Origin: Zancudomyces culisetae HAW-14-8
Taxonomy: Eukaryota > Fungi > Kickxellomycota
Length of the DNA stretch: 64,000 bases
Assembly: GCA_052426225.1 (NCBI GenBank)
Contig: JBNJNM010000008.1
Location: 1,736,001 to 1,800,000, forward strand
Direction: 5' to 3'
Shown: positions 49,352 through 61,445 of the stretch, piece by piece
How the letters are laid out: each line of letters begins with the position of its first letter
How positions within the stretch are numbered: position 1 is the first letter of the stretch
Made by a program: the position numbers and the translations under genes
The notes under the pieces: model-generated
The model's database searches: none
What the model saw: only the letters and a program-made list of their open reading frames with translations
What the model was told of the DNA's origin: nothing

Positions 49352-51445
49352 ATGGCTCCAGAAAAACCAATGACTCGGAGGAGTAGGATGATAACCATCA
49401 ACAAGGTCACTGACCTTGTTGCTAGTGTAGAGACCAAAGCTACGGAGATACATGCTGTTATAAACAACAGTAAACGGTTGAAGCTGGAAAACAGTAGAAC
49501 AGGTGTTAATTTTGATAAGATGTATGAGAAAATATATGAGTATGTGCTGATAAAAAAAGTAGATAATGGAAATTTTAGTTATGAAGCCTACTATGATGAA
49601 AACATCAAAACACACATGATAAAGCTGGTGAATTTTATGGTAGAAACCACAAAACTCTGTGTATTTGCAGCACCAAATCTGATGATACCCGTTAGAGTAC
49701 CCATACTGATAGAAAATATCAAAAGCCTGAGACTTCCCAGATACATGATTTACACAATATTGATTCTTGGAACACAACTACTGCCAGAATCCAGAGTAAC
49801 AAAATTTCTGAGCGCTAAAAAAGTGGGAGAAATGGTGAACTACATCCGGAAAGTGCTTGATGATAGACAGAATAAGTTCAAAATGAATCACTTGTGGTGT
49901 CTCCAAGCTTTACTTGAACAAAAATCCTCGAATAGGTTTAGCCATGCTGCACATATAGATCAAATGAAATGTTACAGCGCATGTATCATGCTTGGATTGC
50001 ACAAGGTTGATTCAAGTGCTTATCTAGGGTTGAAGCAGTCCACACAGGAACAGAATGAAATGGAGTTTAAGCGGAGGATGTTCTGGATGGTATATCTTAA
50101 CAACAGCGTTCAAGCAGGACTCGTCAAGCATACTATCTATGGTGGGTTTTTTAAAAGTGCAAATAAACTCCCAAAAAACGACTATGAATGGAGAAATGGA
50201 ATTGAATACAAAACGTCAACACTTATACTTGTGGAAAATAGACAATTAATCAGAACCAGCGAAAGTAGAAGATTGAACCCAGATATAACAAAAATGAGGT
50301 GTATAGTATTTGGTATGCATAACAAAGTTTGTGCTTTTCGAAACCGAAGAAGTTTTACAATTAAACGAGACTATCAACTCGATTTTAAGAGGTACACAAA
50401 TCTCTCAAAGCAACTCAATGGTATTTCAAAGATGCTGAGAAAGTATACGTTTGATACACTACAAAAGCTTCAATTATACGAGAACGCAAACTTTCTTATA
50501 ATTGACGAAGCATCTGTCAAGAATCTGGTATTCCAGCTGTGGAGCTTGCGCCTTTCCTTGATAAATGCGGCTGTCCATTTGTGCATGACTGAGATATTGT
50601 TTCTAGAGTATTTTTATAATGAACCCTGGCGAGTCCAGGTGGCAAAGATGCTATGCATCGACTATTCTCTTGAAGGTATAAAGATTTTGAAATGGGGTTA
50701 TGCTAATATTCCAACACAGTATATGGATTTGAATCTTCATTTTTTGGTTTGTTGGATATCGCTGACGCTCATTAATGCAGTCTACATCATAGATCATTCA
50801 AAATATAGGGATATTATTGAGGGTAGGAATTTTGTTTCTTTGATACTAGATAAACTTGAACCAAAATTCTCGAGTAGAGGAGTGGTTGATGAGTTTTCTA
50901 TGCAGATCGACAGATCAAGGCAGCATTTTCACATCATCAACAAGATGATCAACTCCGTGCCCAGCATTATTGTAAACAGTGCAATAACTGAAGAAGATAT
51001 GAATCCTTGGTTTATTGTAGGCCCCCCTCCATCCGCGGGAAGTAGATGTTGTCTTTTGTCAAATGTCACTGCCGCTTTACGTGTGCTGTCACTAACGTAC
51101 TATATGGATTATCCTAGTACACCTGTAGATTTTGGTGAACACGGAAATTTTATGAGTCTAATGCAGTCATTTAATATTGCTTTGGATTTCCTTCATCAAA
51201 AACCTATGATTGACTTGAGAAAAAAAAGTCAAGACAAACGCAAACCATCAAACAGCATCAACATATTATTAGGGCGATATGACAACATTGGTACGAATAA
51301 CGTTCATACACTAAATATTCGTAAACCACCAGAATATTATTCATGGTCAAAGCGGAGTACTAGAGCGTCAATCAAATCTCTCTTTAGATTGTTTTTTCCT
51401 GAATATGGAGTATCTGGGTATGGCGCTGGCTATACTTTGGATTAA
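49352..51445 (+). CDS. Fungal-specific transcription factor (Fungal_trans/middle homology region) domain protein lacking a Zn2Cys6 cluster
   Basis: Intronless 697-aa ORF; ACIMLGLHKVDSS...EMEFKRRMFWMVYLNN matches the LGLH...E.RRR.FW motif of the Fungal_trans domain. Confidence 0.7.
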   Translation: MAPEKPMTRRSRMITINKVTDLVASVETKATEIHAVINNSKRLKLENSRTGVNFDKMYEKIYEYVLIKKVDNGNFSYEAYYDENIKTHMIKLVNFMVETTKLCVFAAPNLMIPVRVPILIENIKSLRLPRYMIYTILILGTQLLPESRVTKFLSAKKVGEMVNYIRKVLDDRQNKFKMNHLWCLQALLEQKSSNRFSHAAHIDQMKCYSACIMLGLHKVDSSAYLGLKQSTQEQNEMEFKRRMFWMVYLNNSVQAGLVKHTIYGGFFKSANKLPKNDYEWRNGIEYKTSTLILVENRQLIRTSESRRLNPDITKMRCIVFGMHNKVCAFRNRRSFTIKRDYQLDFKRYTNLSKQLNGISKMLRKYTFDTLQKLQLYENANFLIIDEASVKNLVFQLWSLRLSLINAAVHLCMTEILFLEYFYNEPWRVQVAKMLCIDYSLEGIKILKWGYANIPTQYMDLNLHFLVCWISLTLINAVYIIDHSKYRDIIEGRNFVSLILDKLEPKFSSRGVVDEFSMQIDRSRQHFHIINKMINSVPSIIVNSAITEEDMNPWFIVGPPPSAGSRCCLLSNVTAALRVLSLTYYMDYPSTPVDFGEHGNFMSLMQSFNIALDFLHQKPMIDLRKKSQDKRKPSNSINILLGRYDNIGTNNVHTLNIRKPPEYYSWSKRSTRASIKSLFRLFFPEYGVSGYGAGYTLD

Positions 51446-54328
51446 TGAAACCGAAAAGCGACCACTATCAAATTGTGATGGGCAAGTGATCAGTGAATTT
51501 GGTGAATGTTGCTGTGTTTGTTCAAAATAGAAGTCACTGTTATTGTGGTTTATTTATTTTATTGCAAAGGAAGGACGGTGTTCTTGTTTGAAGTAGATTT
51601 AATTAATAGGTATTGCTATTCTGAATTAATTAACATTATAAAACTAAGCTCCCAACCAAACTTTTATGAGGCTAGGATCTCCAAATAAATGGGTGGTAAA
51701 TGTCAATTTTAGCTGGACTTGCGTGAATGTAAAGATCCAAGTAAGTATGAATTGGAAAAAAAAAGAGGAGGAGGTGCGAATTCTTGAATATGGAGAACCC
51801 ATAAGCTTTTGCACACATCAATACGTTCTGGGTAAACAGTGGGATAGATTTTTTTTTAAAGTTTATTTGGCACAGAAACAACTTTAAAATAAGTCTGGTA
51901 AATAAAATAGGAAATAGTGATAGGATATATAGTTGAGCTGAAGCTTGGTACCTTGATAATTGTTGTATTTTTTTATACAAATTAGTTGTATCATTACGTG
52001 AAAATTACAAGCTAAATGTATGTAAATACAAAAAAAGTAAAAGTAAGTAGTTAAATGTACAATGATACAGATCCAAGAGTATCAGCTGTAAGTTAAAGTA
52101 AGCGTGAAGGTGATACAATATGGAATAGCAATGGATGATAATATTCAAAAAAAAAGATATGTGGTCTAAGAGTAGTTTTACATTTGAAGATATTTGTGAC
52201 TATCGGGTCAACTAGCTGTATAGATAATGGGGTTTAAAGATGAAACCAATGGCTAAAATAATGACTATATGTTGTTGCTTATTCACAAGTGGATAAGCGG
52301 ACAAGAGAGGAATAAAGAGAGGTGGATAAGTACTTTGTAAAGGTTGTTTATGCAAACAACCAGGAAAGTATTTGGTGTTATTTATGGTCTTGTCTCCCCA
52401 AGCGATGTTATGTGTTGTGAAAACGCGATTATACAAATCACATCACATCCTTAGTTTATTTTTTTATTTTTTTTTCATTCTGTGATCTAAAAAAAAATAG
52501 AGCCAAAAAATGTTTAGAATCAAAGCATTGTGCAAAAAAAAAAGAGGGGGGGGAGGAATAGCGTGTTACTTTTTGGTTACATTAAAAGCTTAGTGAAAGA
52601 AAGAAGTAAAGAAAAGAAATAAAAGTTCTTTGTATTGATAATAAAATTCAAGAAACACAAAAAAGCATCAACATTGAAAGTGTGTGTGGGGGGGGAGGTG
52701 GAGAGATGGACAAGATGATGAAAAGCTGGATAATGGATATCAGCATGCTGAGCAGGAATAAATGGGACAAGAGTAAAATAATGCGGAATTTTTATTTCTG
52801 TGTTATTTATTTTCATTGGGCTTGGTGGTGTATGAGACAGATTGTGAAAAGTCCCATACGATTTATATTATTTTTATTATTTTTATTTTTACTTGACAGC
52901 CCATAAAAACGGTTCTATTAATCTATTTGTTATTAATTTTTTCATGCAAGCAAATTGTTTCGAGATGTTGTGAAAGGTTTATGAGTGATTGTAAAACGAT
53001 AAATGTAAAATTATTGAGAAAAATGGTGGTGACGGGGGGGGGAAGTGCAGGAGGGGAGGGGAAGTGAAAAAAGGTGTGTGGATTGGGATATGATGAGACA
53101 AAATATCATGGTGTTTTATAGTGCGGTGATATATCTTTGGTAGCGTAATGTAGTGTGACACATACAATGGCGCAAAGAACTATATAGGTTATTTCCGGAT
53201 TTTCTGAGTTTATGTGGGCTTTTTTTTTATGGACTTTTTTTAGGTATGATTTTCTGGCATTTTTGCATATTGCTTTTATGCTATTCATTGTTTACACAAA
53301 CGAATAAATATTATTAGTTTTTTAGTGTGTAGAGGAAAGGAGGTATTTGTAATTCTATTTAGAAAATCAGATTAATCTGTAGAGGGGGGGTGGAAGAGAT
53401 GAGAAAGAGAGATGAGGAGAGGGGAGGGGGTGAAATAACAAAACAAGTAGTTATCGAAAAAAAATAGTAATAAATTGCAAAAAAAAAAAAAGCGGAAAAA
53501 GAAAATATTTCAATAATTGAGCCTAATTATTAACAAAATTAAAAAAATCAATTAATTCCATGGTTTATAACTTGGATTTATTGGAAAAAATAAAAAATAA
53601 AAAAAAGCATGGTTTGATGGGTGAGGCGGGATTAATTAAACAAAATTTAATGTTAAATAAATCTTGAAAAGGAATTCAATAAATGCGCCTAGTAAAAGAT
53701 TGTCTAGGGATAGGTAAATGTGAATAGACAGGGGAATTGTAGACAAAAGAGATTCGAAAAGCGCGATAACATGAAAATTTGCAAAAGTACACAAAGTAAA
53801 AAGGAATAGAATTAAAAGTACATTGGCAATGAGTAGGAGGGGGATGTTTTATCATATATTATAAAGTCAGAAATATCAAGTAAATACAGTCAATTGAACT
53901 AATAGTAAGAGGGTTTTGCTAGTTAAATAACAGAAACTGTGTGCGAAAAAAGGGGTACAAGCGATAGAAAGATTTCTTTTTTTTATAAGAAAAGTAAAAA
54001 GAAGAAATTAAAAAGCAAAACAAAACAAAACAAAACGAAACAAGATTGCGAATTAAAAAATTGGGACAAGTGATTCAAAGAATAAGTTGATTAAAGCAAC
54101 TAGTAAAGAGAGAGAGATTTGGAAAGGGTGTGTTGTTTGAGCAAAGCTTTTAATTTTATAGATAAAGAAAAGGGAGAGGAGGAGAAACAAGAGTAAAAGA
54201 TAGAGTAGAAAAGTGAAACATAAAATTCGGCAATACGGCATAAACTACAAGAAAAACGAACGAAGGGATAAAATAAAAACGGGGAGGGAGAGAATAAAAC
54301 CAAATATAGGTAAAGAGGGTATAAAGAA

Positions 54329-57007
54329 ATGGATGGTGTTACAAAGCAGGGAAATACACATGAAGGGATGTTTGAAGGGCTGGTGATAGATACCAGTAGG
54401 TCTGAAGGAGAAACAGAGGCAAAAAAACAACATGAGGAGGTGACTTGGATAAATGAGGAGATGGTGGCAGTAGGGGAATTGAAGCGGGAGATAATGGCGG
54501 TAAAGTTTCCAGAGGATTTTGATGGAGATTCAGATCTGACAAGTCCAAAGACCAATATCTGGCTTCCGGCACGTCTGCATCCGGAGATAGCACCAGAAGA
54601 GTTCCAAGAGTTATTGAAAAAGCATGGAGCCAAGTACGAGAAAATAGAGACAAATGTGGTGCGTCGAAAGTCGATGTTGAGCTATGGAGATGGGACAAAT
54701 GACTTTGAAGAGGGAGAGGGACAGGTAGGACTAGGAGGTGATAAGCCGATCATACCGATTAACAAAGGAGCGGCGTACCGATTTAGTGAGGAAGGGTTAA
54801 GAGAGCTGGCGCCATTTATGTTAGCGGATGGGCCACGGACGTCATTGAAACGGAGCAAGTTGCAGAACAAGCGGAGGGACTCAGGAGTGGGAAATAAGAA
54901 TAAGAGGCGAGATGGGCGAGTTAGTGATACAGGGGTGCGAGAGATATACGAGGAGCATAGACGAAGTTCTACGGGGGGTATACAGGATACGGTAAAAGTA
55001 GATAATAAGCGAGTATCTACACAGGAGATACTGAGTCAGATTACTAGGGAGGTGGAGAAGTTTAGTACAGATGATTTAGGGTTTGATCTCGTAGAGGCAC
55101 AAAAATATAAGGGGGAAAGGGTGCGGAAGGAACAGAAGGGAGGAGAGATAAAAGCAAAAGACAAAGAGAAAGAGAAAGAGGGGGGAAAAGAGAAGGAAAA
55201 AGAAAAGGAGAAGACAAGAGAAAAGATAGAGGAGGAATTTGGAGGGCATAGCAAGTGGTGGACTACGGCCAAAGTTAAGGAGGAAATAATCAGATCAGAT
55301 TTAGAGAAATTAAAAGTAAAGGAGAAGGAAAGGGAGAAGGAAAGGGAGAGGGAAAAAGAAAAAGAAAAAGTGAAGGAAAGAGAAAAGGAAAAGGAAAGGG
55401 AAAGGGAAAGGGAAAGGGAAAGGGAAAGGGAAAGGGAAAAGAGTGTGATGATATCTACGGCAACAACAGTTGTAGGAAGTAAAAGTGGGGCGGAACCAGA
55501 GAATGTTTCACTAAAGGATAAAAAGACGAAACTTCCATCGGCAATATCATTTTTGATGTTTGGAAAAGGAAAGTCGACAGGATCGAGCAAGCAAAAGGAG
55601 GGGAATAGAAACGAGAGTAGTGGAGATAAGACAGGAAAGGCAGCAACAGCAACAACAACAGGCGAGGTAGCAAAGAAAGGCAAAGGCAAAGGCGAAGGAG
55701 AAAATGCACAAGCGGGAAAAACGAAGGGAGTGGTAGATGTGAAAATGCAACAAGGGATAGGAATAGGGGCGGGAGCAGGGGTGGGGCGGGGAGAGGCAGG
55801 AGGAAATGGCAATTCAAGCAGATTGCCATCGATTCTGACGCCGACACGGCCACCACCTTCGTCAGCGCGATTTGGAATGAATTTCAACCGACTGCCGATT
55901 CATGTGGAAAGGGCAATATATCGATTGGCATCAATTAAACTTTTGAATCCACGAAGGCCACTGCTGCAGCAAGTATTGCTTAGCAACATGATGTTTTGGT
56001 ACTTGGAATTGATTAATCCACGGTCTACTACGCCTACAAGGCAACAACAACAACAACAACAACAACAGAATGGTTCAGAGAATAACAATTATTATGTACC
56101 ACAACAAAACTATTCCAATACAAATAATAAAGACTATCAAAAGTCAAAAGGAGAAAACACAGCATCAGGACAACCTTCATCACCACAGAATTCAAAGTCA
56201 GGAGCAAAAAAGAGTGCAGACTCGCGAAATACAGGATCTGAGCGAGAAAAGACAGTTAAATCACCATCGATTCTAGCACCTTTACCATTGTCGCTTCCAT
56301 CACAAATGTCATTATCACCATCACCATCGCCATCGTCGCCTCAAAAACAACAAGTTGCTCCACCTTTACCACCATCACAAAAGACAGTTGACCGGCAAAA
56401 GAGTGGATCCTTATCCAAAGACACCAGCAAAACAAACATGAATTCAAAACCAATAGAAAATACAGTAATTAATAACAAAAACAAAAGTAGTGGAGATAGA
56501 CAGGATAGAAAGAGCAGCAGTGGTGCAATCAGTAACGAAAAAAGTTTAGAAAACGAAGCAAAGAATCGATACCGAAAGTCCAGTGAAGTGAGTCGGAAGG
56601 ATCAGGCAGAGTATCTTTCTCAGAAAATACCTAATTCCAACAGCAATCTTAATCAGATTAGCAAAACAAGTGGAAACGAAGCCAAAAAGACATCTCAGTT
56701 TTCGTATTATCAACCACAATCAATGATTTATTCTGCATCCTCTCCTCCTCCTCCCTCACTTCCTTCGGTCCAAGCCGGTAAGAGTGGATCTGCAATTGAA
56801 AATATCTATCATTCACCAAATCCCGAATCTCTTTCTCACCGTCAACATCATCACCCACTTCCTCATCCTCCTCAAAAAAACCCTCCTCCTCAACCTCCTA
56901 CCAACCCCAAATCTACCAGTTCTACTTCTTCCAATAAAAGAAACTCCCTTTTTTTTGATTTTGCCGATGATGAAACTCCCTTGGCTGCCTATAATATTCA
57001 CAAATAA
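54329..57007 (+). CDS. ZDS1: Zds1-like PP2A-Cdc55 regulator
   Basis: N-terminal WLPARLHPEIAPEEF and Zds_C domain RLPIHVERAIYRLASIKLLNPRRPLLQQVLLSNMMFWYLELIN; the rest is low complexity (EK/ER, polyQ, P/S). Confidence 0.88.
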   Translation: MDGVTKQGNTHEGMFEGLVIDTSRSEGETEAKKQHEEVTWINEEMVAVGELKREIMAVKFPEDFDGDSDLTSPKTNIWLPARLHPEIAPEEFQELLKKHGAKYEKIETNVVRRKSMLSYGDGTNDFEEGEGQVGLGGDKPIIPINKGAAYRFSEEGLRELAPFMLADGPRTSLKRSKLQNKRRDSGVGNKNKRRDGRVSDTGVREIYEEHRRSSTGGIQDTVKVDNKRVSTQEILSQITREVEKFSTDDLGFDLVEAQKYKGERVRKEQKGGEIKAKDKEKEKEGGKEKEKEKEKTREKIEEEFGGHSKWWTTAKVKEEIIRSDLEKLKVKEKEREKEREREKEKEKVKEREKEKEREREREREREREREKSVMISTATTVVGSKSGAEPENVSLKDKKTKLPSAISFLMFGKGKSTGSSKQKEGNRNESSGDKTGKAATATTTGEVAKKGKGKGEGENAQAGKTKGVVDVKMQQGIGIGAGAGVGRGEAGGNGNSSRLPSILTPTRPPPSSARFGMNFNRLPIHVERAIYRLASIKLLNPRRPLLQQVLLSNMMFWYLELINPRSTTPTRQQQQQQQQQNGSENNNYYVPQQNYSNTNNKDYQKSKGENTASGQPSSPQNSKSGAKKSADSRNTGSEREKTVKSPSILAPLPLSLPSQMSLSPSPSPSSPQKQQVAPPLPPSQKTVDRQKSGSLSKDTSKTNMNSKPIENTVINNKNKSSGDRQDRKSSSGAISNEKSLENEAKNRYRKSSEVSRKDQAEYLSQKIPNSNSNLNQISKTSGNEAKKTSQFSYYQPQSMIYSASSPPPPSLPSVQAGKSGSAIENIYHSPNPESLSHRQHHHPLPHPPQKNPPPQPPTNPKSTSSTSSNKRNSLFFDFADDETPLAAYNIHK
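55393..55440 (+). repeat. Coding microsatellite (GGGAAA)n encoding an (ER)n tract in ZDS1
   Basis: Seven consecutive GGGAAA units. Confidence 0.9.
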
Positions 57008-57042
57008 TACCCCTCTTATTTATTTCCTCTTTTTATATAGCT

Positions 57043-57985
57043 TTATTTTTCATTATCGTTTTGACAAAGTTTATCTAACTGTAAATTTAATATATTTAGT
57101 GAGAGGTTGTTGGTACAAGATTTTAAATGGTTATATCTGGATATCAGATTATGAGTTTTAAAATTGATTTCTTTTTCCATTTCCATTTCTTTTTCCATTT
57201 CTTTTTCTTTATTTATACTATGGCTATTGTTATTATTGTCATGTGATTGGAAGAGATGAAATGGTACTAATCGATTGATCACATCTTGTGTATCAATAAA
57301 CCGTGATAAATAACGCCTTTCTCTCCCTCCCTCCTCTCCCTCTCCCTCTTTCCCTTCTTCTTTCCTTTCCTCTTCCCCTTCTTCTTCTGTGTCTGTTGAA
57401 GAGTATTGTTTTCTTTGTGTTTTTTTATAGTCTTTAGTAATTGCTTGTCGATATCTATGTTTGATTTCCTCTAAATGTTTAATAAACTGTTCACTCTTTT
57501 TATTCTTCTTTAAATTTTCAGTTTTATCTTGTACATTATCATCGCCATCTCTGTCATCATCACTATCACCATCACCATCACCATCACCATCATTATTATT
57601 GATGTTGATGTTGAAAGATACTTGAGATAATTCACTTGATTTTCTCACTTTTTTCGTTTTTTTCTTGCATAAGAACTCGTCATTGCCAAGTCCTATTCCC
57701 ATTCCAACTCCTAACCTTTCTCTATCTCGCTTTTTGATATATTTACGTTTAGGAACCATCAACGGATTTATCGGTTGTTGTTGTTGTTGTTGTTGAATTT
57801 CATAACTATATTGCAACTCGTTTGTATTTCCATTTCCATTTTCATCTCTAGTACTCGTATTTCCAACCAATACACCATTACCATTACCACTACCACTACC
57901 ATTACTATTACCATTACTATTACCATTACTATTAACTTTATAATTTAAAAAAAAGTCTGGTGGTATCATTGGATTTACCATTCCC

Positions 57986-58019
<34 letters not shown>

Positions 58020-58740
58020 GGATATTATACATATATAATTGATGAAAATGTTGCAATTGTTGTTGATACTTGCTATTTAATTCATCACTTTCTTTGGTTT
58101 CACTATTTACCCCCATATTTACATTACTACTATTATCTCCACCACCAACAGGTTCACCAGAACTGGTGGCAGTGTTGGGTTGTGAAAATATAGGTGGTGG
58201 TATCATTGTTCTAGGCAACAAGACTCGTGGTTTGATGTTGATAAACCCTGCCGTGCCCCCAGTATTCAGTGTATTCACATTCCCACCACCATAAAGTGGT
58301 TGTACTTGTGGTTGTAAATACGATCCTGGCAATTGTACTGGCACTGGCACTGGTACTTGTACTGGCAGTGGTAGTGGTATCGGTATCGGCAATTGTAGAT
58401 TTGGCATCGTATTTGTGGAAACCAACTCGCTTTTAATCTTTTTGATTCGTTTCGTGTATTTGCGTGTAGTCTTTACCACATTAAATTCCCCCTTCGCATT
58501 AACATTTTCGTGGTTTGACGACTTTTCTCCCGATACAAAAGTAAAATCTCCACCACTATCGCCACTGTTTTCATTACCTAAAATAGGCTTGGAACCGTTT
58601 TCGACATTTGTCCCTGTTTCTATCTCTGTTTTCGTCTTGGTCGTGATTAGAGTATTATTGTCTGTTTGTTTTATTTCTTGTTTTATTTCTTGTTCTTGTC
58701 CTTGTTTTATATCGCTGTTGTTGTGTTGAGACTGATACAT
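57043..58740 (-). CDS. Low-complexity nuclear protein with a C-terminal GLTSCR1/BICRA-like domain
   Basis: 565-aa ORF; AITKDYKK...FIDTQDVINRLVPFHLFQ resembles the GLTSCR1 motif (PDY..PF....DA..RLLPYH). Basic RKYTKR/KRKYIKK motifs; polyQ, NG and DG repeats. Confidence 0.6.
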
Positions 58741-59666
58741 TTTGCTTTACTCTTCATTATTATTATATTCTATTAATTCTATTATATTCTATTATATTCT
58801 ATTTATTATATATTTTTTAATTGACTAAAACATACACACATACACATTCACTCGCTCGCTCGCTTTCTATCTTCCTTTTGCACACTACAAAGGATTATTT
58901 TAATAGTATTTCCTCAATAACGATTAAAAGAAATAAAGAAATAAAAATAAAAATTAATAATAGAGTAATAAAAAAAAATTACTGGAACTTTATAGTTTGC
59001 AAAATTTTTGATATACCTCTTGTATTACCATAATCATTGAATTATAGAATCGATATTATTATTGTTATTACTATTATCAGCATTACTTTGCTTTTATCAG
59101 TGATTGTAGATCATAACAAGATCAGGAGTGGAATCAATGTAAGGGAGGGAGGATGGGGAAGGGCATTGAAAGGTGTATTGGTTGATGTAGACCTTGTAGC
59201 TCCCCACCACTAAGACCAAATAGTCAAAAACCACCCGTTAATATATGTTTAGATGAGGAGGATAGAAAAAAAACAGCCAGTAAATGTAATACATCCAAGA
59301 ACTAGAGAAGAGCTTTGAGTACAATATCAATAGTAATTCAAATAAGGTTTGAATGTTGTCGATTTAGAAAGAATAAAGAGGTTTGGACGAATCAAGGAAA
59401 CTCGCTCGCTCTATTAACCAAAACAAAAAAATATATATCCGAGTGATATGAAGCTTTTGTATATTTCGGAAAAATAGTTCATTGGGGCATCAAACGCGAG
59501 TTTTAAAGCCATTGGGAATTGGGGGGAGAGGTGAGGGGAAGGGGAGTAAAGAGTGAGCTTTTAGAACCCTTAAAAAAATACAAAATAAAGTTTATAATGA
59601 TCAAATAGTTTCCATTTATAAAAAACTATTGATTGGCAAAATTGTAAAAGTAGAAAAAAGAATGCT

Positions 59667-59706
59667 GGAACTCTCGAGAAGGTTAAAGAACATTACAGAA
59701 ACTTGT
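59667..59706. promoter_or_regulatory. Heat-shock element array (alternating nGAAn pentamers) upstream of SIS1
   Basis: gGAAc tCTCg aGAAg gTTAa aGAAc aTTAc aGAAa cTTGt: GAA exactly every 10 bp with near-TTC units between. A second TTCtaGAA lies at 60102-60109. The downstream gene is an Hsp40. Confidence 0.65.
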
Positions 59707-60344
59707 AGCAAAAAAAAAATAAATTTTATTGTTTTTATTTTATTTTTTTGGTGTTGATGCATAATAAATTATAAAAAATTTTTGTATGTTTTTAATTAAT
59801 TTCCCGTGTTATTTATAAAGAGCGATTATTATATAATTTCAAAGCTTTTAAAACCAAAATACAAAAAAACACAGATGGTCAATGGAGAAAAGAAAAAAAA
59901 ACTATTTTTGTTATACAAATCTTGAGAGCCACATTAATATTTGTTTTTGAAAAGCATCCAATTAAAAAAAAAGATTGCAATTATTTTGATTATTTTTTTA
60001 AAAAAAAATTAGAGGAGAATAAAAGGAAAGAAAAGGAGGGAAACAAAGGAAAAAAAAAACGAGAAACAAGAAACAAGAAATTATTTGGTGTCGCAGTAGA
60101 ATTCTAGAAAGAAAAAAAACGGTTGTATATGATCATAGAGTAAATAAAGACGAGCATATACCCATATAAACTACAATTCAGTCTACAAATCCTTCTGCAA
60201 TATAGAGCATAGTGATTAAATAAGAATTGTAATTGTAGTATACAAAATAATATATGTATATGTATATTTTTTTTTTACTAGAAAAAGTCTGAAATAAAAT
60301 TTATAGCCAAAATTAACTCGCGAAAAAGAAAAAGTCAAGAAGGA

Positions 60345-61445
60345 ATGGGAAAAGATTATTATGCCCTTCTCGGGGTAGGCAAAGGTGCTACCGAAGATGA
60401 ATTGAAAAAGGCGTATAGAAAGATGGCACTGAAGTGGCATCCAGACAAACACAAGGGTGACAAGAACAAGGATGTTGCCGAAAAGAATTTCAAGGAGGTA
60501 TCTGAGGCGTATGAGGTACTGTCGGATCCAAACAAGCGCGAAATATACGATAGGTATGGTGAAGAAGGATTGAAAACCGGTATGGGCGGTGGAGGTGGCC
60601 CTGATGCAGGTTTTGGAGGTGCAGGTTTCCCACCAGGCGGAACGACATTTACGTTCACCTCGAATGGAATGGGAGGTGGTGGTGGCGGAGGAGGTTTTGG
60701 GGGTTTTGGGGGTTTCAAGCCGTCAAATCCCGAAGATATATTTGCACAGCTGTTTTCGAATTTTGGAGGAGCTGATATGGAAGGAATACATTTTGGAGGT
60801 AGACATGGTGCGGGAGGAAGAGGACACGGGCATGGTCACAGACAGGCTCAGGCTCAAGCGCAGGGACATGGATTTGGACCACGACCACACCGTACACAGC
60901 CAAAAGAAGTAAGCCAACAACTACCATGTACGCTGGAAGAATTATACAATGGTACAACAAAGAAGCTAAAGGTCAAGAGACGGGTGCGCGATGCAATGGG
61001 AGGCATAAGCACCTCGGAGAAGATTTTGCAAATCACAGTAAAGCCAGGATGGAAAGCTGGTACCAAAATCCGGTTTGCAGGTGAGGGGGATGATCTGGGA
61101 GGAGATGGTGCACAAGATATAGTGTTTGTGATCGAGGAAAAGCCACACAGTTCAATGAAGCGAGTTGGGGATGATTTGTCGGTTAGTATGGAACTGAGCT
61201 TGGTGGAAGCACTAACTGGATTTAAACGAACAATTACGACTCTTGATGGTCGGTCGCTTAATATAGAAAACCGTAGTACAGTGGTGAATCCAGGACAACA
61301 GAACCGTGTAATTGGTGAGGGGATGCCTATTTCGAAGCAACCGGGTAAGAAGGGCGATTTGTTGGTGACATATAGCGTAAAATTCCCATACAGTTTGAGT
61401 GCTGAACAAAAGGAGCAGATTAAGAATATTTTGGAAAACAAATAA
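60345..61445 (+). CDS. SIS1: Type II Hsp40 / DnaJB co-chaperone (Sis1/Psi1)
   Basis: J-domain MGKDYY...KWHPDK...[12 protein letters not shown]-rich linker, [28 protein letters not shown]; no Cys zinc finger. Confidence 0.93.
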   Translation: MGKDYYALLGVGKGATEDELKKAYRKMALKWHPDKHKGDKNKDVAEKNFKEVSEAYEVLSDPNKREIYDRYGEEGLKTGMGGGGGPDAGFGGAGFPPGGTTFTFTSNGMGGGGGGGGFGGFGGFKPSNPEDIFAQLFSNFGGADMEGIHFGGRHGAGGRGHGHGHRQAQAQAQGHGFGPRPHRTQPKEVSQQLPCTLEELYNGTTKKLKVKRRVRDAMGGISTSEKILQITVKPGWKAGTKIRFAGEGDDLGGDGAQDIVFVIEEKPHSSMKRVGDDLSVSMELSLVEALTGFKRTITTLDGRSLNIENRSTVVNPGQQNRVIGEGMPISKQPGKKGDLLVTYSVKFPYSLSAEQKEQIKNILENK

